Assembly (NCBI GenBank): GCA_964022095.1
Contig: CAXHZO010000001.1
Span: 256,001 to 320,000, forward strand
Reading direction: 5' to 3'
Source of the DNA: an uncultured Arcobacteraceae bacterium
Lineage (GTDB): Bacteria; Campylobacterota; Campylobacteria; Campylobacterales; Arcobacteraceae
Length of the DNA stretch: 64,000 nucleotides
Within the stretch, counting starts at the first letter, position 1. Each line of letters begins with the position of its first letter. The notes under the pieces are model-generated. The model was not told the origin of the DNA, did no database searches, and saw only the letters and a list, made by a program, of their open reading frames with translations. Below, piece after piece: positions 21,766 to 31,212 of the stretch. Made by a program: the position numbers and the translations under genes.

Positions 21766-22632
21766 TTAGTTTAGTGGTATTTTATACTTATATTTATATC
21801 TTTGAAGCATACTTATATTGCCTAAAATACCACCTTGATGAATATACATATATTTGTAATTTTTATCATAGTTTTCTTTTAAGTAGTTTTGAAAAACTAT
21901 CCACCCTAAACTGTCATAAAGCAAATCAAACTCAATATTTGTTTGATTTAATAACTCATGATGAACTTCATAGAACTCTTTATATAATTTTCCAAAGTGA
22001 TACTTTTTTTCTCTTTTTAAAATTGTAGGGAAGTTGTCTTTTTCTAAAAGTTCAAACTGCTTTTGTAAGTATGTTTCATCTCCAACGCAAGCACAAGTTA
22101 AAACCTCAAATGGTAAATATTTTTGTAAGAAAAGTGCTGTTGTTCCTGTACCACTTGGTAAAAATACTTTTAAATTTTTTATATCGTTTTTTTCTGCCCA
22201 AGATTTAATTTCATTTGCTAGTTTTTCTATACCAACTTTTGCCTCATTTACAGCACCACCTTCACTTATAAAAAGTGTTTCATCATCAAATTTACTTGGA
22301 ACTTTTTGTTCAATTATTTTAGCTTCATTATTCAAAGCTTCTTTATAATTTCCTGCTGGGTTTTCTTTTAAATATGTAGGAACATGATCAACATAGTATT
22401 CAAAACTCCATGATTTTAATTTACTTAAAACTGATAAAGAGTACATTGCATTTGATTGTGCAGAACCATATGATACTATTTTTTTAATATTTGGAAAATC
22501 ATTTATTAAATAGTAGTAGAATTTTCTAGCTTTATTACCTGAAAAATCTTTATTGAGTAAATCATCTCTTTTTATAAAATATTCATAATCATTAAATTGT
22601 ATTTTTTCTACTGGTGAGTTTTGTAAGTTCAT
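21766..22632 (-). CDS. PLP enzyme of the ACC deaminase/D-cysteine desulfhydrase family
   Basis: IKRDDL...SGNKARK, QSN, SGTGTT, HQGG. Confidence 0.88.
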   Translation of the reverse strand: MNLQNSPVEKIQFNDYEYFIKRDDLLNKDFSGNKARKFYYYLINDFPNIKKIVSYGSAQSNAMYSLSVLSKLKSWSFEYYVDHVPTYLKENPAGNYKEALNNEAKIIEQKVPSKFDDETLFISEGGAVNEAKVGIEKLANEIKSWAEKNDIKNLKVFLPSGTGTTALFLQKYLPFEVLTCACVGDETYLQKQFELLEKDNFPTILKREKKYHFGKLYKEFYEVHHELLNQTNIEFDLLYDSLGWIVFQNYLKENYDKNYKYMYIHQGGILGNISMLQRYKYKYKIPLN

Positions 22633-22674
22633 AGTGTAAGTATACCAATTTGTTTGTGTAATTTAAAAAAGTTT

Positions 22675-22707
22675 AATAAATAAGTAAATTAAATTTACTT
22701 ATTTATT
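22675..22707 (-). terminator. Stem-loop downstream of the carbonic anhydrase gene
   Basis: AATAAATAAGTAAATT-a-AATTTACTTATTTATT inverted repeat. Confidence 0.55.
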
Positions 22708-22727
22708 ATTTAAAATGAGAAGAAAAA

Positions 22728-23585
22728 TTATTTGATTTCAGAAAGTAACTTAGGGTTTAAAACAAGATTTCTTACACCATGTGCATGATCTTCTTTAAAA
22801 ACATTACCTTTACACCATTGTCCTACTGTAGCAATATTAACTTTTGCAACTTTTGGTCTTACACTCCATGTAACTTGAAAAGGTGATCCTTTTTCATTAT
22901 ATCCTGGACCTGTTGTTGAACCTTGATACTCTATTGGTTTACCAGTATTTGATGGAATGTTTAATGCTTGATTAAATCCATCCTTAAGTCCATGTTTTGC
23001 TAACTTATTAAAATCAAGTGCATTTTTATCATTTACCAATACAAACACTTGAGTTTCAACTCTTAATTGAGGATTTTTAATAGAATCACTTAAACAAGCT
23101 CCTAATGTTGGACCTGGCTTAACATTTGCTGTAGAATGAACATAATGTACTTCTATTGTGTCTCCAGGCAATAATCCACCATGCTTACTTGGACAAATTT
23201 CATTTTCTGTTTTTAATAATTCCTGAACTTTTAAAGTACCATTGTATTTATATCCACTTTGATATCCATGTCCATCACCATTTCCAGCATAAGTAGTAAA
23301 TTCACCACCCTTGTGTTCTGCATTTTTATGAAAATGAATATTACAAAGATTCATTTGAGTATATTCAGGTGCTGAATTAAATACTATTTTATTTTTACCA
23401 TTATTTGAATTTATATCTCTTGGAGATTGTGGTCCAAAACCTTTTTCTTTTGTATTTTCACTTAGTAAAGCTCTTTGTTTTTCAATAACCTTATCACTAA
23501 CTAAGTTATTATTTTCATGATTAGTTTTTGCATTAGATGCTGTTATTAGCAGTGCTGCTAAAGGCATCAACATTTTTAATTTCAT
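22728..23585 (-). CDS. Secreted delta-class carbonic anhydrase-like protein
   Basis: Signal peptide; NLCNIHFHKNAEH, GDTIEVHYVHS, GPTLGACL, LRVETQVF and YQGSTTG motifs of the delta-CA family. Confidence 0.75.
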   Translation of the reverse strand: MKLKMLMPLAALLITASNAKTNHENNNLVSDKVIEKQRALLSENTKEKGFGPQSPRDINSNNGKNKIVFNSAPEYTQMNLCNIHFHKNAEHKGGEFTTYAGNGDGHGYQSGYKYNGTLKVQELLKTENEICPSKHGGLLPGDTIEVHYVHSTANVKPGPTLGACLSDSIKNPQLRVETQVFVLVNDKNALDFNKLAKHGLKDGFNQALNIPSNTGKPIEYQGSTTGPGYNEKGSPFQVTWSVRPKVAKVNIATVGQWCKGNVFKEDHAHGVRNLVLNPKLLSEIK

Positions 23586-23713
23586 TAAAAACTCCTTTTA
23601 AATTTGGAAAATATTACTTTAAATATCTTAAAGATTTTCTTAATAATAATATGCTGTGAACTATTTATTAACAAAACTTTTGTACAATAATAAAAAAACT
23701 TATGGGAAAATAA

Positions 23714-24184
23714 ATGGATTTAATGACTTATATAGACAAAGGTGGAATTATTGTTTATATTCTAATTGCACTTAATACAATTGGATTTACTATTATTTTA
23801 TGGAAGTTTTTTACACTTCCAAGAAAAAATAGTCTAATTGAAAAAATAAAAAAAAGAATAAATCCAGAAAGTTCAGTTTATGCACAAATCGAGTATGAAG
23901 TAAAAAAACTAGAATCAGGATTAACTTATATAAAAAATATTGCAACTATTGCTCCACTTTTAGGATTACTTGGAACTGTAATTGGTGTATATCAGTCATT
24001 TGAAGCAATTACAGCAAATGGATTAGGCGATCCAACTGTATTTTCAAATGGTATTGCAATAGCACTTATTACAACAATTGCAGGTCTTATCGTAGCTATT
24101 CCTCATCATATTGCATATAATCACTTTATTTCAATGATTGATTCAATTGAACTAAAAGCTAAAAAGGTTATTGGTAAGTTTTAA
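23714..24184 (+). CDS. exbB: MotA/TolQ/ExbB proton channel protein
   Basis: APLLGLLGTV.G and GIAIALITTIAGL. Confidence 0.88.
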   Translation: MDLMTYIDKGGIIVYILIALNTIGFTIILWKFFTLPRKNSLIEKIKKRINPESSVYAQIEYEVKKLESGLTYIKNIATIAPLLGLLGTVIGVYQSFEAITANGLGDPTVFSNGIAIALITTIAGLIVAIPHHIAYNHFISMIDSIELKAKKVIGKF

Positions 24185-24573
24185 TGAAAAGAAGAGAACC
24201 TTTAGGTATTGATTTAACACCTATTATTGATGTTGTATTTATTCTTTTAATATTTTTTATTGTTAGTTCTGTATTTAAAAAAGATGAACTTGCTTTAATT
24301 TTAGACTTGCCAACTTCTAGTGCAGATGAAATAAAAGTTGATAAAGAACAAGTATTTATTGAACTTAGTAAAAATAAACTTGCTATAAAAGGTATAGAAG
24401 TATCTTTTGAATCACTTGAAGATAATTTAAAGGCAATTGAAAATAAACAAAAAGCTGTAATAGTTAGAATTGATAAAAAAGTTGAATATGAAAGAGTTGT
24501 AAAATTATTAGATTTACTTCAAAAATATGATTTAACGAACTTAGCATTAGTAACAAACGAAGAAAAGAATTGA
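24184..24573 (+). CDS. exbD: ExbD/TolR biopolymer transport protein
   Basis: LTPIIDVVFILLIFF. Confidence 0.9.
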   Translation: MKRREPLGIDLTPIIDVVFILLIFFIVSSVFKKDELALILDLPTSSADEIKVDKEQVFIELSKNKLAIKGIEVSFESLEDNLKAIENKQKAVIVRIDKKVEYERVVKLLDLLQKYDLTNLALVTNEEKN

Positions 24574-24574
24574 A

Positions 24575-24961
24575 TTAATTCTTTTTCTCGTCTTCTTCTT
24601 TAAACTGAAGATACTCTTCATCAGTCATAATTCTTGATTTTGTTACAAATTGATATCCTAAATCTATCTCTACTGAGAAAGAATTTCCAAATGCAGCGTT
24701 CTCTTTTTTAACCTCAATAGTTAAAAGTGAATGTTTAAAATATTCATATTTTTCTGGAGAAATGTAGAATTCACATCCACAAATTTCACCTAATTTTATA
24801 TGTCTGCTTGGTACATAAAAGTCAGTTGTAGCATAACACATAGGTGCAGTTCCATCACAGCAACCACCACTTTGAGAAAATACTAAATCACCATGTTCTT
24901 TTTTTAAAATTTCAATTACTTCGCAAGTTTCTTTTGTAGCTTGTACTCTTTTTAATGTCAT
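24575..24961 (-). CDS. DUF779 protein (usual partner of ExaC/AldB aldehyde dehydrogenases)
   Basis: QSGGCCDGTAPMCY motif; downstream of the aldehyde dehydrogenase. Confidence 0.9.
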   Translation of the reverse strand: MTLKRVQATKETCEVIEILKKEHGDLVFSQSGGCCDGTAPMCYATTDFYVPSRHIKLGEICGCEFYISPEKYEYFKHSLLTIEVKKENAAFGNSFSVEIDLGYQFVTKSRIMTDEEYLQFKEEDEKKN

Positions 24962-24978
24962 AATAAATCCTTTTTTTA

Positions 24979-25018
24979 GAAAAAAAATATAGAAGGAAAG
25001 GTAAACCTTCTATATTTT
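24979..25018 (-). terminator. Intrinsic terminator after the aldehyde dehydrogenase
   Basis: AAAATATAGAAGG...CCTTCTATATTTT stem; A-run on the plus strand is a U-tract on the minus strand. Confidence 0.7.
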
Positions 25019-25049
25019 ATATAAGATAGTGTTAAATCAAACTTATCTA

Positions 25050-26546
25050 TTAAAAGAATCCTAAAGCATTTTTGCTGTAAGAAGTTAAAATATTTTTTGT
25101 GTGTCTGTAAGAGTTTAACATCATCATGTGAGTTTCTCTACCGATACCTGATTTTTTGTATCCACCAAATGATGCATGTGATGGGTATAAGTGGTAACAG
25201 TTAACCCATACTCTACCTGCTTCAATTCCTCTTGACATTCTATGTAATTGGTGAGCGTCTCTTGACCATACACCAGAACCTAATCCGTACTCAGTATCAT
25301 TAGCAATTTCTAATGCTTCAGCTTCATCTTTGAAAGTTGTAAGAGCAAGTACTGGTCCAAAAATTTCTTCTTGGAAGATTCTCATTTTGTTGTGACCTTT
25401 GAAGATCGTTGGTTCAATATAGAATCCATTTGGATTAGTTTCAGATTCATAAACATTTCCACCAATTAGACACTCAGCACCTTCTTCTTTACCAATTTTG
25501 ATATATTCAGCAATTTTCTCTTTTTGGTTAAGAGAACATTGTGCACCCATCATATTTTCAGTATCTAGAGGGTTACCTAATTTAATAGCTTTAACTCTTT
25601 CTAATACTCTTGCTATGAATGGCTCATAAATTGACTCTTGGATTAATGCTCTTGATGGACAAGTACAAACTTCACCAGAGTTAAATGCGAATAATACTAA
25701 ACCTTCAATTGCTTTATCAAAGAACTCATCATCAGCGTCCATGATTGATTCGAAGAATACGTTTGGAGATTTACCACCTAATTCTAATGTAGAAGGGATA
25801 ATGTTCTCAGTAGCATATTGCATAATTAATTGACCAGTAGTTGTTTCACCTGTGAAACCTACTTTTTTAATGTCTGGGTGAGTTGATAAGAATTTACCAA
25901 TTTTTCCACCTGAACCATTAATAATGTTAACAGCACCTTTTGGTAATACATCTTGAATTGTTTCCATTAATAATAAAATTGACATTGGAGTAGCTGATGC
26001 TGGCTTCATAACAATTGTGTTACCTGCTGCTAATGCAGGAGCTAATTTCCATGCTGCCATTAATAATGGGAAGTTCCAAGGAATAATTTGAGCAACAACA
26101 CCATATGGCTCATAAACTTCTTGAGAAATTGTGTTCTCATCTAAATCTGCAACTGAACCAGACTCTCCTCTAATAACTGAAGCAAAGTATCTAAAGTGAT
26201 CTACAACTAAAGGAACGTCTGCATTTAAAGTTTCTCTAACAGTTTTACCGTTATCTAAAGTTTCAGCGATTGCTAAAGCTTCTAAGTTAGCTTCAATTGC
26301 GTCTGCAACTTTATTTAACATTGTACTTCTCTCAACAACTGAAGTATGTTTGTATGATTCGAAACAAGTCTTAGCAGCAGCAATTGCTAACTCTACATCT
26401 TCTTCATTTGATCTTGGAATTTGTGTTAAACCTTTCCCATCAACTGGAGAAATATTTTCAAAGTACTCACCACTCTTTGGAGCAACCCATTCACCACCGA
26501 TGAAGTTCTCATATTGAGCTTTGTATTCTGGTCTACTATAGATCAT
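25050..26546 (-). CDS. aldB: NAD-dependent aldehyde dehydrogenase (ExaC/AldB/PedI type)
   Basis: IIPWNFP, FTGET, LELGGKSP, GEVCTCPSR, EEIFGPV; begins YENFIGGEWVAP like ExaC. Confidence 0.93.
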   Translation of the reverse strand: MIYSRPEYKAQYENFIGGEWVAPKSGEYFENISPVDGKGLTQIPRSNEEDVELAIAAAKTCFESYKHTSVVERSTMLNKVADAIEANLEALAIAETLDNGKTVRETLNADVPLVVDHFRYFASVIRGESGSVADLDENTISQEVYEPYGVVAQIIPWNFPLLMAAWKLAPALAAGNTIVMKPASATPMSILLLMETIQDVLPKGAVNIINGSGGKIGKFLSTHPDIKKVGFTGETTTGQLIMQYATENIIPSTLELGGKSPNVFFESIMDADDEFFDKAIEGLVLFAFNSGEVCTCPSRALIQESIYEPFIARVLERVKAIKLGNPLDTENMMGAQCSLNQKEKIAEYIKIGKEEGAECLIGGNVYESETNPNGFYIEPTIFKGHNKMRIFQEEIFGPVLALTTFKDEAEALEIANDTEYGLGSGVWSRDAHQLHRMSRGIEAGRVWVNCYHLYPSHASFGGYKKSGIGRETHMMMLNSYRHTKNILTSYSKNALGFF

Positions 26547-26629
26547 TTTAAAATCCTTTTATTTTATATTTTTTTATTTAGGAGAAAAATCATTAACTAA
26601 CTGTTCTACTAATTTTTCCGCATGTTGAA

Positions 26630-26683
26630 ATTCTACAAGACAAATATAGCAAGAATTTAGCTTAAGTATAGCATAAATATAGC
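26630..26683 (-). promoter_or_regulatory. Four tandem GCTA boxes plus -10 TAGAAT for aldB
   Basis: Plus-strand TAGC at 26647, 26658, 26669 and 26680; ATTCTA at 26630-26635. Confidence 0.85.
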
Positions 26684-26775
26684 GAAGCTATTTTTTTTCT
26701 ATAAATACCTTAAAAACGATATTCTTAAGCTTCTTTTACTTTGTTTTTTTTGTTTTTTTTGCTACAATTTTTTTT

Positions 26776-28692
26776 ATGAAGACATATAATTATACAATTA
26801 AGAACCAACCTTTAGATTTATTAATTGATTTTAATACATTTAAAGACGAAGAAAACATATTAATTCAAATTTTTTGTGGACAAACAAAAGATAAATTAAA
26901 AAAAATTGTTAGAGATTTTAAACAAAAACTTCCACAAGCATTTTTAATTGGTTCATCAACTGATGGAGAGATAAACAATAGTAACATCACTACATTAAAA
27001 ACTGTTATTTCTATCTCAGTTTTTCAAAGTACAACTATTAAATCTGCATATGCAACAGAAGAGGACTCATTTAAAAATGGAGTTAAATTAGCAAAAAAAA
27101 TATGTGAAGACAATTCAAAAGTATTGATAGCTTTTTGTAATCCTTATACTACCAATGGTGAAGAGTTTTTAAATGGTATTAGTTCAGTAGATAACGAAGT
27201 TATTGTTTGTGGAGGAATGGCTGGAGATAATGCAACATTTAAACAAACATTTATATGCTCTGATGAAACAGTATTAACTGATGGTGCTGTAGGTATTACA
27301 TTAAATTCAGATGAACTAAATGCCTGTAGTTCATATAACTTCAACTGGTCCCCTATTGGAATTAACCATGTTATTGAGAAAGTTAAAGGAAATAGAGTTT
27401 ATCAAATCTCAGGATTAAAGCCAATTGATTTTTATAAAAAATATCTAGGAGATTATGTTGCATTATCACTTCCTGCTACAGGTATTGAGTTTCCATTAAT
27501 TGTAAAGAAAAATGGTATACCTTTAGCAAGAGCAGTTATTAATAAACATGATGATGGTAGTTTAAGTTTTGCTGGTAATTTAAATGAAGGGGATATCGTA
27601 AAACTTGGATTTGGTAATGTAGAAATGATTATGAGTAATCCAATTCAGTCATTATTTAATAAATGTTCCATTGTAGATACAGAGTCATTCTTTATTTATT
27701 CATGTATGGCAAGAAGAAGATATATGCCAAGCTTAATTGATATAGAAATAAAACCTTTCTCAAAAGTTGCTACGACATCAGGTTTTTTTACTTATGGCGA
27801 GTTTTATCACAATAAAGAAAAAGTAAGCAATGAACTACTAAACCAAACTTTAACAGTACTTGCATTAAGTGAAAGAGAATCAGAACCTCATAAAGAAAAA
27901 AAAGTTCAAAAAAACGATACAAACTTAAGTGAATATGCAAGAAGTTTACAAGCCTTAACTCACTTGATTCAACAATCATCACAAGATTATAATGATCAAT
28001 CAAAAAAGTTGGAGCAAGGTCATAAATATGCTCAAAATTTAATAGAATCTCAAAAACAATTTTTAAAATATGCAATTCATGAAACGAATACTCCACTTTC
28101 AATTATTATGGGAAATATTGATATGTATGAAATTGAATATGGAAAAAATAAATACTTATCTAATATTGAAGTTGCAATGAAAAATCTATTTAGTATATAT
28201 GACGACTTAAGTTACTTGATTAAGAAAGACCAAGTAAATCAAGCAGTTCATGAAATAAACCTAGTAGACTTTTTACGAAGTAGAATAGATTTTTATACAC
28301 AAAATGCAATAAAATCAAAATCAACACTAAAATTTACTCATAATAAAGACGAAGTCAATTTAAAATTTAATGAAATTAAACTTCAAAGAATTGTTGATAA
28401 TAATTTAACAAATGCAATTAAGTATACATTACCAAATCAAGGCATTAAAGTAAAATTAAAATTACATCCAAATGGCGAGTGTGATTTGTCTTTTGAAAGT
28501 AAATCAGTTCAAATACTTGACCCTCAACAAATATTTGAGGAATACTATAGAGAAGAAGAAACTCAAGATGGATTTGGATTAGGATTAAATTTAGTAAAAA
28601 GAATATGTAGTGAAGAGAATGTTGGAATTAAACTAGAATCTGGTGAAAACTGGGCTTCATTTACTTATACATTTAAAGGAATAAAAATATGA
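26776..28692 (+). CDS. Cytoplasmic FIST (NosP-like) domain sensor histidine kinase
   Basis: FIST motifs GSSTDGEI, GGMAGD, YSCMARR and GFFTYGE; H-box HETNTPL, N-box NAIKY, G-box GFGLGL; no TM helix. Confidence 0.9.
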   Translation: MKTYNYTIKNQPLDLLIDFNTFKDEENILIQIFCGQTKDKLKKIVRDFKQKLPQAFLIGSSTDGEINNSNITTLKTVISISVFQSTTIKSAYATEEDSFKNGVKLAKKICEDNSKVLIAFCNPYTTNGEEFLNGISSVDNEVIVCGGMAGDNATFKQTFICSDETVLTDGAVGITLNSDELNACSSYNFNWSPIGINHVIEKVKGNRVYQISGLKPIDFYKKYLGDYVALSLPATGIEFPLIVKKNGIPLARAVINKHDDGSLSFAGNLNEGDIVKLGFGNVEMIMSNPIQSLFNKCSIVDTESFFIYSCMARRRYMPSLIDIEIKPFSKVATTSGFFTYGEFYHNKEKVSNELLNQTLTVLALSERESEPHKEKKVQKNDTNLSEYARSLQALTHLIQQSSQDYNDQSKKLEQGHKYAQNLIESQKQFLKYAIHETNTPLSIIMGNIDMYEIEYGKNKYLSNIEVAMKNLFSIYDDLSYLIKKDQVNQAVHEINLVDFLRSRIDFYTQNAIKSKSTLKFTHNKDEVNLKFNEIKLQRIVDNNLTNAIKYTLPNQGIKVKLKLHPNGECDLSFESKSVQILDPQQIFEEYYREEETQDGFGLGLNLVKRICSEENVGIKLESGENWASFTYTFKGIKI

Positions 28693-29348
28693 AAATTTTG
28701 CTTTTAGAAGATGACTCTATGTTAAATGAAATGATTGCAGAGTATTTAACTTCAACAGGTCACATTGTAACTACTGCAACTACAGGTAAACAGTGCCTAG
28801 AAATACTTGAGGATGGTAAGTTTGATTTGTTGATTTTAGATATTAACCTCCCTGATATTGATGGTTTTACAATACTAGAGAATCTACATGAACAAAAAAG
28901 AATGATTCCTACTATTTATATATCTGCATTAATTGATATTGAAGAAATTACAAGAGCTTTTGATATTGGATGCCATGATTATTTAAAAAAACCTTTTCAT
29001 TTAAGAGAATTAACTCTTAGAATAAATAAAATTCTAAAAACAAATATTGCTCCTCAAAAGCATAAAAGACTATCAAAATCATATAGTTTTGATGCAGAAT
29101 CAATGACATTATATTTTAATAATGAACCTCACATTTTACCAAAAAGACAACTTCAAATTATTGAACTACTTGCACATAATAGGAGTTTGGTAGTTAATTA
29201 TGATATGTTTAGAACATATGTATGGAATGATGACTATATAGATAATGCAACAATTAGAGCTGAAGTAAATAGGGTTAAAAAAGTACTAAAAGAAGATTTT
29301 ATAAAAAATATTAGAGGAAGTGGATATATGGTTGAAAGACCCAATTAA
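28689..29348 (+). CDS. OmpR/PhoB-family response regulator
   Basis: LLEDD, LDINLP and KPF receiver motifs; C-terminal winged helix ending NIRGSGY. Confidence 0.93.
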   Translation: MKILLLEDDSMLNEMIAEYLTSTGHIVTTATTGKQCLEILEDGKFDLLILDINLPDIDGFTILENLHEQKRMIPTIYISALIDIEEITRAFDIGCHDYLKKPFHLRELTLRINKILKTNIAPQKHKRLSKSYSFDAESMTLYFNNEPHILPKRQLQIIELLAHNRSLVVNYDMFRTYVWNDDYIDNATIRAEVNRVKKVLKEDFIKNIRGSGYMVERPN

Positions 29349-29382
29349 AAAAAGCGATAAGTTAAAACTTATCGCTTTTTTT
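29347..29382. terminator. Bidirectional intrinsic terminator
   Basis: A7-GCGATAAGTT-aa-AACTTATCGC-T7 between convergent genes. Confidence 0.85.
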
Positions 29383-29398
29383 ATTTTGAATTTTCAAA

Positions 29399-29473
29399 TT
29401 ATACGTGACATATATACATAGTAACTTCAAATCCAAATCTGTTATCTACGAATTCCGGAGTTTCCCATTTCAT
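29399..29473 (-). CDS. pqqA: PQQ precursor peptide, copy 1 (MKWETPEFVDNRFGFEVTMYICHV)
   Basis: Hand-translated 24-aa ORF with W..P and GFEVTMY (ExxxY); GGAGG RBS; own TGATATAAT at 29497-29505. Confidence 0.95.
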   Translation of the reverse strand: MKWETPEFVDNRFGFEVTMYICHV

Positions 29474-29525
29474 TGCGCCTCACCTCCTTTTTTTTAATTA
29501 TATCATTTTTTCTAATATATTAATA

Positions 29526-30401
29526 CTAAAATTTAATTGATACATAAAAACTTAAGTCAAACTCATTATCTTCACTTAAAAAATTATTCTTTCTGTAAAT
29601 TACATATGAGGGTTTGGTAGTAGTTTCAAACTCACTTTTAGGAAGCCACTCATGATAAACCCAGTGAATAAACTTTAGAATATCACCTTGTTTTCCTTCA
29701 ACATCAAATTTTGCATAAACACCATCTGATATTTTGAAATTAGGGAGCCTATCACTTTTTATATTGTTTTTTTCATCTGTAACAATACATGCAATATATT
29801 GACACTCTTCTAATGGAGTAATAGTAGGATTATCATGAAATAATGCAATTTGTTTATAGTTATGAATATCATTTGATAAAATCCAAGTTTGAAGTTTTTG
29901 CCAAGCTTGTTTTATATTTACATTATATCCTGGATTTCTAATATAAAAACTCTCAAAAGTTGGCATTTTAACAATTTCAGGAATTTTATCACTGAAATCT
30001 GCAGTTGAACGCATAGCAACATCTGATTGTTGTAAAATTTTATGGGAATAATCTTTATAACCACCATTTCTCCACTGTTTTGGTGTCATTTCAAATCTAT
30101 TTTTAAAAGTTTTTATAAATGAAGATTGAGAAGAGTATCCACAATCATTTGCAATTTCTGATATTGTGGAATATTTATTTGTTAAAAGTAAATTAGATGC
30201 TTTTTGCAATCTGATTGATTTTATACTTTCATAAATATTTTTTCCAAATGCTTCTTTAAAAATTCTATGCATATGAAATTTACTTACACCAAAATCAATA
30301 CTTAACTCTTCAATATCAATATTTGTATCAATATGAGTATAGATATAAAACATAATATCATTTGCTATTTTTGTTCTTTTTTGTAATGTTACTTTCTTCA
30401 T
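29526..30401 (-). CDS. AraC-family regulator with C-terminal GyrI-like ligand-binding domain
   Basis: SKFHMHRIFK and IANDCGYSSQSSFIKTFK double HTH; HDNPTITP...YIAC GyrI-like domain. Confidence 0.9.
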   Translation of the reverse strand: MKKVTLQKRTKIANDIMFYIYTHIDTNIDIEELSIDFGVSKFHMHRIFKEAFGKNIYESIKSIRLQKASNLLLTNKYSTISEIANDCGYSSQSSFIKTFKNRFEMTPKQWRNGGYKDYSHKILQQSDVAMRSTADFSDKIPEIVKMPTFESFYIRNPGYNVNIKQAWQKLQTWILSNDIHNYKQIALFHDNPTITPLEECQYIACIVTDEKNNIKSDRLPNFKISDGVYAKFDVEGKQGDILKFIHWVYHEWLPKSEFETTTKPSYVIYRKNNFLSEDNEFDLSFYVSIKF

Positions 30402-30528
30402 GACAATAATTATAACACAAATAAACTATATTATTAGCACTAATGAAATATTTTTCTAGCACTTGAAAAGAAGAATTAATTCATTTTTTTTTCTACAATA
30501 ACACTCAATCAAAATATAGGTAAGGGTT

Positions 30529-31191
30529 TTGGAAAAACAAAAAGACTTAAATCAACAATTGGATCTATTGTTAAAACAGTGTGAAACTTTAAACTTGAGA
30601 AAATTAAAGTTAGATACTTTACTTATCGTAGTAAATCATCTTTTAAGTGATTACAGTAAAATGCAATTACCAAAAGGTGAAGAAGATACTAAAGTAATCT
30701 TAAGCCATATTAGAAGTCTAAAAGAGTACCTGGACAATAATATAATTACCCCCGATACACTGTTTTACATTTTCCAAAATGAAAATAAGTCTTTATTACT
30801 TAAAAAGATTTCAACAAATATTCAACCAATGAGAGCTTATTATAAGTTTATAACGTCTATCTTTTCTTCCAAGCTAGAAAAAGGCTCTTATTGGATTCCT
30901 GAACTTCTTGCCTTTAGTTTGATTTATAATTATAAAAAAGAGTTTGGTAAATCTTTTGGATCATACACTTTTTTAGATAATTTTCCTGTTGAGAAAATAT
31001 TAGACATATATAATAAAAACAATATAGCAGTAAAAAAAGAACTAGCACTTAAAGATAATAAATCAACATGGGAAATAAAAACAAGTTTAGATCAAATGTA
31101 CGATATATCTGAATCAATGATTTATAAGTATCTAAACTATAATTTTAAAATAAATAAAAGAGTTTCTAAATCAAGAAAAAAAAGAAGATAG
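30529..31191 (+). CDS. Hypothetical protein with basic C-terminus
   Basis: 220-aa ORF with TTG start, AAGGG RBS and TACAAT upstream; no family recognised. Confidence 0.65.
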   Translation: MEKQKDLNQQLDLLLKQCETLNLRKLKLDTLLIVVNHLLSDYSKMQLPKGEEDTKVILSHIRSLKEYLDNNIITPDTLFYIFQNENKSLLLKKISTNIQPMRAYYKFITSIFSSKLEKGSYWIPELLAFSLIYNYKKEFGKSFGSYTFLDNFPVEKILDIYNKNNIAVKKELALKDNKSTWEIKTSLDQMYDISESMIYKYLNYNFKINKRVSKSRKKRR

Positions 31192-31212
31192 ATTAATAAT
31201 CTATCTTCTTTT
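31180..31212. terminator. Bidirectional terminator between the hypothetical gene and pqqE
   Basis: AAAAGAAGATAGATTA..TAATCTATCTTCTTTT inverted repeat. Confidence 0.75.

Noticed and set aside
23714-24573. exbBD as the energiser of a lanthanide TonB receptor
   Set aside because: There is no tonB or TonB-dependent receptor in the window and no GCTA box upstream; adjacency alone is insufficient.
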